From assembly GCA_012295275.1 (NCBI GenBank), contig CM022678.1, positions 1,178,001 through 1,242,000 of the forward strand: a DNA stretch of 64,000 bases, given 5' to 3'. Below the pieces are notes generated by a model that ran no database searches, was not told the DNA's origin, and worked only from the letters and a program-made list of their open reading frames with translations. The first letter of the stretch is position 1. Each line of letters begins with the position of its first letter. Source of the DNA: Chrysomallon squamiferum. Lineage: Eukaryota > Animalia > Mollusca. Both the position numbers and the translations under genes were made by a program. Of this stretch, positions 40,536-53,300 are shown piece by piece.

Positions 40536-42029
40536 GTAAGTAAGTAAATGTTTTGTTTATTTGAATTACTTACTTTTACAAACAGAACCAGAAACACACA
40601 TACATATACATATTTCAAATTTCAAGTGTAAAAATACTAAAATGTAATATAAGTGTACAATGTACAGTACAAGACTGATAAAACTTGGTCCAGGTTTTAT
40701 TGAAAAATAATTTTTGATTCTTGTTGTGGTTTGATACTTATATATCTTTCTTTAGAAATTTTTAACTCTTAGCAGGTTTCAAACTTTACATGAAATATCT
40801 TATAAGATTTGGAATGAAGAATGTAGCAGATTGTTGAAAACTGAAGCCTGAAAATTATCAAAGTATGTTTATAAACAGAGAAATAGAGAAAAATTATCAT
40901 CGAATATTTATTTAACAGACTTGTCTCCCTGTTTTGAAATATTACAAATGTTGATAGTGATTTATTTAAAAACTTAAAATTTTAAGAACTTCTAAATAAG
41001 TAAATAAATTACTATATAATTAAATTGAATACAAATAAATATGAATAATCTACTAAGAAAAAAAAGAGAAAAACACAGCACAGGAGAGTGACAGTATAAT
41101 ATACACTTGGAAAATGTTTTAACACTGTATTAGAAGACAATGTTTTGTATTATTATTATTTTTTGCACAATATTGTCGAATAATTACAATTGCTATTTAA
41201 CACTAATAACAAATCATTCATAAGTATGGATCTGCAGAGTTCATAAAATAGTTTAAGAAATTGTTTCAGAGAGAAAATGTTACTTTGAGTATCTAGATTA
41301 CATCTGTAGTTAAAGGGTTAAGTGACAAGTAAACATTCAACTGACTTCAACACCTGACTTGTCTTTACACTTACATATTGAATTGTCAGATGGTCAACTA
41401 CTGTCATTCCCAGTGCTAAGCTGATTCCACTTTCATTGTATATAAAATGCTTGAGATACACTGATGTGCTACAGTGGATTCAAAACTGTCTCAAGACTGG
41501 ATTCATGATGTCCTGTTGCAGGTTTTGATCTGTTGTCCTGTAGTTTTGATCTGTTGAATGTATTCTTATTATCTGTTATCTTTGTGTTTATGATGTTCAT
41601 CACTGTGCCAAGTTCACACTGAATGTTTTATCTGTGGTAGACAGTGGAGTTAAACATCTATATGTAGCATGTGAGTATGCTGCAGTTTGAGAAAAAAAAA
41701 AAAACATGGAGACATAATACACTGACCTCTCACAGTAAAATCAGTTGTAACTGTCATTCAGAAACAAGAAACATTCTGTTGTTAATCATCACAAAGTATT
41801 AATTACTTGTCATATTTTGCCACTCATTTATATTTCCTCCAGGTGTATATTGGTGATATTTCCATTTGTATCATTTACATCACATAATTTACTAGAGTGA
41901 GAGTATAAATAAAACTATTCAGATATTATCTGTATAGTTATTTTGTTTATATAATTTAATACAAATGACAAAACTAATAATATAATTTAGTTGTTACTAT
42001 TCTGGTTATTATTATATTTATTACATATC

Positions 42030-43048
42030 TGTTACAGAATCTCATTAGTGCCTCTTTGCCAGCATTATTTTTACTCATAAGTGTGGATTCTATGTAGTGA
42101 ATTATATAATGTTCACAACATTTAAAGCAGAATTAGTGCCATATTGTATATTAAGTATATTATTATATTACGGTAATATTAAATTAGCTATAGTGTATAA
42201 TGATGTTTGTAATTCATATTTTTACATTTCTTAAATGTCTACCTAATTAATATCAGGAAATGAGGGTAATTACACAAAAACTAAATAGCAGAGCATATCC
42301 AGACATCCATGAGTTCTTTGGAAACAGTATTATACAATTTAGGGAAGTTCTGTCAGTTTATAAACTAAGAAACACTGGGATTATAAACTCAAAATTGGCG
42401 TTAAAGTTGCAAAGTAAATTCAGAAAGGCTGTCTGGAGAGGAGTATACTGAACGCTTGTGCACTGACTTTAAACATTGTAAATGCATTTTAAATGAGATC
42501 TTTTGATCCGTGCGCCCGCCTTCTTGCGACACGTTGTCTGAGGTACATCTGCTCAAGACAAAGGACAACTCAATGTTGATAGATTGAAGACAGAGAAATC
42601 TATTACTGTTGGATTTTTTATTGTGTTATTCTGTGGTACTTACATACGCTTGAAAACTAAGTAACAAACTACGATAACTTATTTTAATAACTAAAAGATT
42701 AGTTAGAAAGTTAAAGTAACCAACTGGACTTAATTATATTTAGCATTATCTATCAATGCTATTTGCTTATATATATATATAGCATCGTTTGAATAATACG
42801 ATGAACTTATATGTTACCATTGATGGCTAATTTATGTGAAATATATATATATATATAAAAAACAGTTACCTATATTCAATTCTTGTTTGCTTTATTATTC
42901 TCTAATGGATGCAGAATAGTTATTTAATAGTTTAAGCTGTCTCAGATAATTATCACCTTATCATCTGTTGCTATTATAGTCTACTACCCTTTACACAGGA
43001 CAAGCCAAATTTTTGGTATTAATACGTCTCAAACTAGTCACTGTGACA
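42030..43048 (+). repeat. 5' LTR (about 1 kb)
   Basis: TGTTACA...ctagtcactgtgaCA; its 3' half aligns to approx. 47050-47633. Confidence 0.85.
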
Positions 43049-43067
43049 GGACAAAGTAAATAAAGAG

Positions 43068-43086
43068 TGGGGTTCTTGTCTGGGAT
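43068..43086 (+). other. Primer-binding site resembling the tRNA-Pro complement
   Basis: TGGGGTTCTTGTCTGGGAT versus canonical TGGGGGCTCGTCCGGGAT, about 20 bp after the 5' LTR. Confidence 0.65.
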
Positions 43087-46000
43087 TTTTGAACTGGAAA
43101 ATAATGTGTAAATAGAATGTAGTAAATGGGGGCGTTAAATAAAAATATTTTATTGCACGTTAGTAAGAGACAGTGATTATCTAAGTATCCACAAGAGAAA
43201 TAACGAATTATGAGCCAAGGTTTGTTAGATCAACTTACTATCGCACAAATTAAACATAGCAAGCGTGTAGAATTAGTAGTGTTAGCAGAAGAAAGGAATA
43301 TTTCATTTGAGGGGTCTAAAACAGTAGCGGAGATCAGAGATAAGATAATAGACAAATTATTTCCAGATCATACTGAACAGAGTGAAATGGAAGGTGAGAA
43401 AGAGATAGAAAATGGAGATGATGAAATCATGGAAGAAATTTCAAGGCTGGGGACTGTATTAGAGAGTGGTAGTTTGTCTATGAATCAAAAAAATAGAATT
43501 ATAGAAATTATAGCTGGAAGAAAAATGAATTCAAAGGAAAGAAAAACAATTAGACAGAGAATTGGAAGAAAAATTGTTAGATAGAGAGTTTGAAGTTACT
43601 AATCTTATAACGGTTCATAAACATAGAATGGAATATAGAAAAAGTAGTTTAAAACAGAGACTAAGACACAGCAGTTTCAAAATTAATGAAGCATATCTGT
43701 GGGTTCCCATGTTTAAAGAAGTTAAGGTAGATCGATTCTTTCAGTTATTTGAATGGAATGCAAGGAAATTAGACTGTTCTGAAGACAAATGGTCATTATT
43801 AGCACAAAAATAAATTAAAAGGGAAGGCCAATGACTTGTATAATTCTTTAAGTGAGGAGAATGCTAAAGATTATCATAAATAAAAAGAGGAAGTGTTAAC
43901 AGCAAACCAGCTAACCAGTGAAGCATATAGACAGCAGTTTAGAAATTTTAAAAAACAAGACTTATTGTGACATTCTAGCGAAAAAAGCAGGTTTATTAGA
44001 TATATGGTTAAGAGCCCAGAATGTCAGTGAAAAGTTTGAAGAATTAAGAGAATTAATGATTTTATAAAAATGCAAACGATTGTTACCTTTGCCTATGCTG
44101 GTTCATTTAGAGGACCGAAATATCTGTAATTATGACAAAGCGGCAGCCACAGCTGATCACTACTCTTTGTAGACAAACTTTGAGTCAACTGGTAATCGAC
44201 TTGTAGGACAAGTACTTCAGCATTCGTCCAGTCCTGGGTCAGTTGATAAGAGATTGTAGCCAGGCTGAGTCCCATCCATCAACAGGTTATAGCCATTCCA
44301 AGTTATTTGCTGGGGCTAAATCTTTTCAACCTAGATGGAGATTTTGTCACATGACTAATCATTTAATTGCGAATTGTTTTAAGCGGAAAAGAGATAATGA
44401 TAAAGTTGTTCAGAGGGTTAAGAATTTGGAGACAGTTAGGTTGCTTGACATGCCAAGTAGGAACAAACTTGACACCTATCTGTCTACTGGCGAGATTTGC
44501 GATGTGTTGCAAACAGATATTCCTGAGTCATTGACGATTTTCAGAGATACTAGGGTAGAGCAAAGTTTAATACTTGAAAATGCCCTAAATAAAGTATTCT
44601 ATACACAGACAGGAAGAAGTGTGATTATAGGTGGAGCGTGTATGACCATTCCATTAGTGTTTCTGCATTCGAAATTTGTGACAGGTAATGTAGTGTTAGG
44701 AGTTATAGCTCAGTTACCTTGTGTGAATGTTGATTTGTTATTTGGAAATGACTTAACAGACAGATGTTGTCTCAAAGGTTGTGATATTTTAGAAGTAGCG
44801 GAGTTGTCTGTTGTAGCTGAACCAGAAGTTGATACATTATTATATCTGGATTGCGTTAACTACCTGATGCATGTCGGCAAAAGCTAAATTGTCAGATGTA
44901 GAACTTACAAATTTGTCTGAAACGTTTATAAGTCATTCAGCAGAGAGGGAAGCAGCAAAGCATAGTGTTAACTTATTGGCTGATACATTGGGATCACATG
45001 ATCTACTAATATGCAAGAAGGAACCAGTAAGGTGTGCGATATTTCGCGTGTGCTTGTCTCTGCAGAGATAAAAAATCTGATCAGTCATTAAACTGTTTTT
45101 GGAATAAGGTGATAGATTACAAAGAAATAGTTAATCACAAAGAATGTTATTACCTATACGAGGATGTGTTGATGAGAAAATGTAGTGAGAAAGAGGTTCC
45201 TGAGAACTGTGAGTTAATTGAACGTTATAGAATCGTATTAACTAGCAAATATCGGAGAGATATTCAGTTTATCTAATGAGAGTCTCTTTGCTGGACACCC
45301 GGGAAGGACAAAAACGTATATCAAAGTGGCAGATGATTTCTATTGGCCTGGTTTGTTTCAGGATACCAGTTATTTTGTGAGATCGTGTTATGTGAGTCAG
45401 ATCACAGGGAAGCCTAACCGAAAGATCCCACCCCTACCCTTGCAGACTATCCCTATTGTGACAGAAGCCTTTTTCAAGATATTAATTCATATGATGGGTC
45501 TACTCCCTAAAGCTACCCAAGGTAACATGTATCTGTTGATGAAAATGTGTTTTTAATGACCCGATTCCAGGAAGTTATTCCCTTGCGATCGTAATCACTA
45601 AAGCATTAACAGAATACTTTACAATGACAGGTCTGACAGGGGAAGTAACTTCATGTCAAAATTGTTCCAGCAAGTGATGGCTCTGTTAGAAACATACCAG
45701 GTACTGAGTAGAGCATAATGGCTCTGTTAGAAATACACCAGGTACTGTGTAGAGCATACCAGCCCGAGTAACAAGGCGCTTTAGGACGTTTCCACCAAAG
45801 TTTAAAAAGTATGCTTACGTGTTTTTGTAAAGCAAATGACAAAGACTGGGAGCAGTGCATGCCTTATGTGCTACTTGCCATCTGAGATTAAAAACAAGAA
45901 TCTCTAGGATTCTCCTCTTTTGAACTGGTTATGGACACAGACCAAAGGAGTGTCTGAAATTAATTAAGGACAGTTTGTTACAGGAACATCATTCAGAACA

Positions 46001-47049
46001 TTTACTTAACTATGTTTCAAGAATTAAAGAAAAACTTTGGCAAGGTACTGAATTATTGAAAATGCATCTTAACCAAGCCCAAAATAAAATCAAAGCCCAT
46101 TTTAATAAGAAAGCTAAGTTTAGGGAATTTCACCAAGGTGATAAAGTGTTATTATACTTACCATTACAAAAATCTTCTTTGCAATGTAAATATTTCGGAC
46201 CATATGTAATTAAATGGAAAGTGAGCACCATAGGTTACATTATAGACACTCCTGACAGGGGCAGAAAAGCCAGATTTTGTCATATCAATTTGTTAAAAGC
46301 ATATCATGTCAGAAAACCAGTACTACCATCATGTCAGCAGACGTCAACACTGAAGAGATCAAAAATCAGGATCTGGAGACCGTAGATACCAAACTGTCAA
46401 ACCCTCAAGAACGTGAAAACCTGGACACTTCATTAGATTACCATGACAACACACAGTGATTGTATTTCAACCAATCAAAGAGCACCACTCATTGTTTCCA
46501 GATGCACCAGGTGTGATGAAGGTCAGCACCCAAGATATTAAAGTGGACGATTCTGCGCCTTTGAAAGCCAATGTGTTGTGTATTACCAAATACCCAGCAC
46601 CAACCAATCAATGACAAGTGCGTTGCTTGCTAGGGATGACTGGTTAATGTCGGAGGTTCTGTGCTCAGAAAAGAGGTGAAATTTCTTTGGACGGAAGTGA
46701 AAAAGCATTTAAGCTCTTGAAAAAAATGTTGTTGAATCCCATAATGGCTGCACATGACTACCACCATCCCTTTAAACTAGCTTGTGATGCTAGTCAAGTA
46801 GGATCGGGAGCTGACATTCCAAAAAGACAAAAATGAACTTGACAAAACAGTCAACTACTTTTCACGAAAGTTTGATAATCATCAAGCATATTTCAGGAAC
46901 AAGTAACGAGCTCGCTGATTGTTGATCACGTGCTTAAATCCAAAATGGTAACTAACATTATGATTGTTATATGCTGTGTTTTCATCATGTTGAATTATAT
47001 TCGAATAATTTAATCATATCCTCTGTTGCTGTATATGTGCGTTTATGAG

Positions 47050-47633
47050 CGTTTCAAACGAAATCTTTTGATCAGAGTGCCTTCTTGCAACACGTCTGAG
47101 GCACGTCTGTTCAAGACTAGGGATCACTCAGACAATGCTAATTACGGTTTAAATGTTTTCTGTATGTAACATACATGTTGATTGATTGAATATAGCTAAA
47201 TATAATACTATTCGATATTTTATTGTGATATTATGTGATACGCACTTGTGCTTAAAAACTAAGTAACAAACTAAGATAACTTGTTTTAATAACTAAAACA
47301 TTAGTTAGAAAGTTAAAGTAGCCAACTGGGCTTAATTATTTTTTGTAATTCGTATCAATGCTATTTGCTCTTATATTGCATCGTTCATATTGTACGATTA
47401 AATTATATGTTACCATTGATGGTTAATTTATGTAATCTACATATCTATATAAAACAATAATCCATACTGAATTCATGTCTGTTATTGATCTCTAGTGGAT
47501 ACAGAATAGTCATTTAGTAGTTTAAGCTGTCTCAGATAATTAGCACCTTGTCACGTGACGCTGTTATAGTCTGCTACCCTTTAGACGGGATGAGTTTTAG
47601 GTATTAATACCACTCAGCCTAGTCACCGTGACA
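47050..47633 (+). repeat. 3' LTR, 5'-truncated and diverged
   Basis: Matches 42485-43048 (gccttcttgc.acacg, aaaactaagtaacaaacta.gataactt, gtttaagctgtctcagataatta) and ends ctagtcaccgtgaCA followed by the TSD. Confidence 0.85.
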
Positions 47634-48225
47634 ATATCTTAGTATAACTTAGTATAACTTTTGTGATAATTATTGATATAATTTAGTACTGTAGTTTAAA
47701 AGAATCCTGTAAATGTTTTGTGATAATTATTGGAGTTAATTATTACAAAATATTTTGAATGAACTGATTCTAATATAATGTAAGAGTAATTAATTACAAC
47801 ACTATTAAATTTTCACATTAGTGCTGTTGTGATAATTATGTTTTCATGACAATTTTCATATAACAATCTAACATCACTATTTACAAAATGAAGGCATTTG
47901 TTAAAACAATTCTCATTTCATTATTTAAATTCTTTCAATAATAGGTTTATAGAACAAAAGTTTAGAATGCACTCTGAGCTGTTTTCATTTCAGCAGTATT
48001 CAACAAGTAATATATGAAACTGTATGCGCTGTCTGTGGGTAGGTGTAAATGAATTATCACTTATTGCTAATAAGAAAGAGTAGAGTGAAGTGACAGCAAT
48101 GGATTTTTCTTTTTGTTATCTGAATATTCCTAAATCTTATCTCTAACCTCATATAAATTAAACGAGTTAAATAAAACATTTCTTGCTTCTGTATCAAAAA
48201 TCAATGGTTATGTTATTTTTTACAG

Positions 48226-48491
48226 CTCAACCAATATGGATAACAAAAACAAGAGTTCAGAAGTTTCATCTAACAGCACAGATGTTTTGTCCACAGGCAA
48301 AATCACAGCTGTTTCTTCCTCAGACAACATCACAGGCATTTTGTCCACAAACATCACAACTTGTTGTTCTGTATGGACTGAGACAGCTGATTCTTTCTTA
48401 GACAAAAGTGTTAGTCACTCTGACATCAGATCTCAGTCTTGCTGTGACAGTACAGGATATCATTTACCACAATCTGTGTTAAGCAGTCTAG
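48226..48491 (+). CDS. NLR-like gene exon: Ser/Thr-rich N-terminal region (in-frame ATG at 48236)
   Basis: ttttacag| at 48225, G|gtaaca at 48491; open frame MDNKNKSSEVSS...SVLSSL. Confidence 0.65.
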
Positions 48492-50311
48492 GTAACACGC
48501 ACAATATTTCAGTGTTTAATGTTTTGATATTATAAGCATTCAAAATTATTTTTACTTTTGTAATCATAGAATATTTCAATATATTGTTTCTGTTATTGAT
48601 GGTAAATTCTAAACTGACAAATGTACTACTTACATTTAGAACAATGCACTGTTTCAGTATTTTGTTTAGTTCCATCTTAGGTATTAGTTAAATTGACACT
48701 TTTTAAATTTACATTGATAAAGGATTAGCAATTTAAAGTCTTTATAGCCTTTTTGTTTCACAGATTAAAATAGTAAATCAAAACACACACTGGTTACTGT
48801 TTGATTATTTCATCATGACCATTATAATTATTCGTGTTTTTCTGTTATATATTATAATAATATTCGTTTCATAGCATCTGTACATAATCACTTAAAGACA
48901 TTTTTAACATATATTGTTATATTTAATAATACTTTTTAACAAATAACAGATTGTATTAATACTGTATCCTGTCCTTACAGATAAAAACAGATATAGATGC
49001 TTGAATGTTTCAGATTTAAGAAATGTATTTACTCTGTTTCACAGATATTCCAATAAAGCAACTTGAGCAAATGCTAGCAAATATGCCTTGCTGTGGAAAT
49101 TTTCAAGTGGGAGACAATAACACTATAATTAGTAAGTTCAAAACTAAAAGTTTTTACATTTTTTTGTTTTCTCTACATTTTTAATTGATAACAGAATAGA
49201 CATGTAATGTATTCTGGCTAAAGGAGACATGTCCAAGTTCTGGAATCTGAATATATTTTGCATCCACATGCAAAATCCTTTTTTAATATATCATGTACAT
49301 ATCTTTTAATTTGACTAAGTTGTAGCATTTTCTAATATTGATGTCACCAAGTCAACACAAGAAATATATTTGTTAAAAATCCCTTAAACATTTATAAGTA
49401 GCCTGCAACAGAATACCCAACAATAACTTAGTGAAACATTCATGAATTTTATATCACAGAATTAAAACACATTCTTATGTTGATTACAGCAGGTCAGAAA
49501 TATGAAAATATATGTGTCCAGATGCTAAAAGACAATGGCAGATTAAAAACAGCCTGTAGAAGAAATATTTAGTAGAAGTATCAGTTTTATTAACAGTTTG
49601 ATATTTCATATCATGTTTCAGAGTTACAACTTTTTATTACAGTCTCATGTACACTGAGATAGTAATGTTTGTGTGTATGTATATAGACAGACACACAGAC
49701 AGACAGATACTTATAAACTTAATGTAGGTTTTGTCCTGTTTTGGCACCGTGATCCTACTGGAAGTGAAGTTCACAATTAACAGACAAGTTGACATCACCA
49801 AGCTCACCCAGTAACTGATTAGAAGTCAGTTTACTGCAGTGCTGACCTTCAACCAAATACATAGCTAAATTTTACCATGAGAAAACAAATTATTTTTCAT
49901 TAAATCAAACACTGACTAAAATTCTTGTCATCCATTAGTGTTGTCTTATGTAATCTATCTCGACCAGTAATCAATACATTATCCAAAGATGCTCTGATCT
50001 GCTATTCTCTGCTGTTAGGATTTTTTTGTCATCTTTGTTTCTCTGGACACTGATTCTAAAATCGTCATTTTCATTATCTTATTGTGTGAATATGCATGTT
50101 TTAGCATTTTTAATTAAAACCAACATATTGATGTAGTAATGGTCATTTAAAAAAATAATAATAAAGATAATTTTTTTATTATTTTGTTTTTAAATAATTT
50201 GTTTTCTCCATTTTTCTAAAAACAAGGTCATTTATTCATAGTCAGGTCATACTGTCATTTCTCCTTTAGCAGTGGCTGGTGAATTACGCAAAAACATGCG
50301 CATATAAACAC

Positions 50312-50351
<40 letters not shown>

Positions 50352-53300
50352 TTTTAATACTATATGTTCAGACAGACATTTTTAGAAATAATGCTTGTAG
50401 GCTGTGAAGTTTAATAATTTATTTTTCTATATTTGCTGCAATACAACCATTGGTAAAACATAATTAAATATGAGCACAGATAAAAATCACTAACAAATAA
50501 TGTCGCTGTGGAAACAACTAAGATAAAAATTGAGACTTATTTAATACATAACAGATCTACATGTCAGATTAATCATTAGTATTTAACTACCAAATACTAT
50601 GACGAACACATGCGAACACAGACATAATACATACATACATATATCTATATATATCTACCACTACAAAGGGTGCACAAATTGCGCGAACAATCGTTTAGTT
50701 CACATGAAGATGCTCAAAACAGTCCTTGCGTAACTCATTTTGTATTTGTGCAAATTTTGTGCTATGCTGAAATTAAACCACCATTCACCACATCAACACC
50801 ATTGGCCACTGAGTGACATTCTTTGGTGTTCCGTCTTTCTGCATTGCTACTTGAACAACGTCAGTGCTGCAGAGGTTACCCCAACAAAACCAAAACCTTG
50901 TTAACTAAGAATCTGTAATTTTGAAATCAACATTAATATTTATAAAATAAGTAATGTCATTTTTTTTTCTTTGAGTGAGGGGAGTAGAAGAAATGAAAAG
51001 TTATTTTAATTGTTTTTACCTGTTTGGAAATAGCAGCCACTTCTACTGGTGCAAGGCTGGAAATCAAGGCATTTTGTCTCATTTGTGATGTTCTCGTTTC
51101 TTCGGTATTTAATTGAACAATGTCAAGAATGACTAATTATTCCCTTCAAATTATCAAAGCAACATTAATTATCTATAAGACTCTCCTGCTTTTACCTATC
51201 AATTTAAATAAATTACACTTTATTATATAAAAAAACAACAACAAAAAAACATATATGTATTAACGATAATAATTTATTCCAGTGATAATCCTTAGTTTAT
51301 ATTTATTGTTTATAATTTATAAAATAAAATACATATTCTTTAAAAAAAGAGATTTATGGAAAAGAAAATGATTATGCAAGTAATTTTTGGATAATCCATT
51401 AATGGGTTAAGTAAAATTTAAACACTCAAACATACATAGGCACTTAAAAACATACAGACAACTAAACAGACAGACATTAACAGATACATATTCAGGCATA
51501 GCATAAGTTCTGACTGAGAATATCTTCTTAAACTGTTAAAATAACTCAACATGAATTAAACATGACTATATGCCTGTCATTATTGTCATCTGTAAATACT
51601 AAAGATACTGCAAAGTATACGTAACAACAAGAACAGTAATAATAAACAGTGGGGCATCTAATGCAGAACCAAATCAGAACCCTGCAACGGGCGTAACACT
51701 CTTCCCCCAAAAGAGCACTCACTAACATACAGTCCTCCCTGTGTCGGGTAGATAGATACCCGATTTGTCTCGGCTCTAAGGGTATTCAGGGAACAAGGCC
51801 ATATATGTATTTATATTTACTGTTAAATCATTAGAAATACAAAAACACAAGTTTAGATTTAAAGAATATTTGTATTATATGATCTAACAATAGTTATTTA
51901 CCGAGTAAGCTTACAGTGCTTACACTGCCAATTACAAACAGTTTTATGCCATAAAATTGCTCTCACCACATACGTGAACATGTGGGGATATTAAAGATGT
52001 TTTAACTAGCACATCCCAAGATGTACTTGAATATGCAAGAGTATCAAAATAACGTACTGCGTAGTGGGACGTTGACGTAACAATCAGTTAATCATAACAT
52101 TGGTTTTGACCTCAAATTCCCTCTATTCTCACCCATTGTTTTAGAGATAATAAATCACAGTTAACTTCGATCAGTCTGATTTCAGATTGCCAGATTTTCC
52201 AAAATAATGGTTATACTATTTCAATACATAAACCTATACATAAACACATACATATACATATTTAGGAAAGACCACATAGGATGTCTTATAATATTCCTTT
52301 CCCAGAGTGGTGCTGAGATTGGTTGGATTCATCAGCAGACATGCAGACGCTCACGCTTATATATTTCTTAAGGAAATATATTATGTATTAAAGAGGAGAC
52401 TGGTTGTCTCTGTGACACCAACAATAACAATAAACAAAAACATTAGTGATAAGAAACACTGGCAGTAGTTTTGAAGGTAGTAGGAGTAATTATATAAGAT
52501 AAATAACAAAGATGGTGTCAAGGCATTTCCCCACAGATATTCCCCCCATTACAGTTAAATAAATAGTTTTCAAAGATGTTCATAAACAGAAAGAAAATCA
52601 TCTCGTTACATTTATTCCATCTACAATTGTGACATCTTATTATCATCATTAAATTCTGATGAACTAAAATTATGACAAAAAAACTACTGCTTTATTTCAA
52701 AAACTTCACATCTGATGAACAGTTAAAAACTATTTACATTGTAAACTATGTTTTAAACAGTCAATAACAGATACTATTTTTTTGTTTATGTTGTGATACA
52801 GAGTCTACCAGGTCAGTGTTAAACTCAGTTGACTGGAGAGTCTATGTTGAAACAAGAGCAGAGAAAAGAGGTGTTGCACTTTTGAAGAAGAACGGTGTTG
52901 TCATTGTGATAGGATGTCCAGGTTCAGGAAAGACAACTCTTGCTTTGAGCATGATGAGACAGATGGAAAAAGAAGAAGAAAGAGTATCTTACTTGCTGAC
53001 TCATCACTCTGAATTCAATGACATCCCTGTATCTAAAAATAAGAAATGTGTTGTTCTCATTGATGATATATTTGGTAAGACTAATCTTGTTTCAGAATTT
53101 ATAGACTCATGGAAACTAAAATTTCCAATGATCTGGAATCTTGTTCACGACAGATCTTTGAAATGTATTATTACTTTAAGAAAACAATTATTTTCAGAAA
53201 GTGAAACTAGTTTGAAGGAATTTGGTCTGTTTAATGAGAAACATGTTCTTGATCTGCACAGTCATGACTATTGTCTGGATTATAATGAAAAGGAAGAAAT

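Larger units (their letters stand above)
42030..47633 (+). mobile_element. Degenerate Ty3/Gypsy LTR retrotransposon of Gmr1-like type (gag-PR-INT-RT/RH order)
   Basis: TG...CA termini with 5-bp TSD ATATC (42025-42029 and 47634-47638). PBS resembles tRNA-Pro. Gag with ...EAYRQQFRN and a degenerate Zn knuckle; protease-like RDTR..QSLIL; integrase (HPGRTKT, SDRGSNFMS, QGALGRFHQSLK, YFGPY) at approx. 45270-46310, before RT/RNase H remnants (PFKLACDASQVG, N..AD..SR*) at approx. 46450-46935. Many stops and frameshifts. Confidence 0.92.

Noticed and set aside
51590-51790. Extra NLR exon between the RHIM and NTPase exons
   Set aside because: The phase-1 reading stops within 7 codons, splice signals are weak, and direct 49131/52802 splicing is already in frame.
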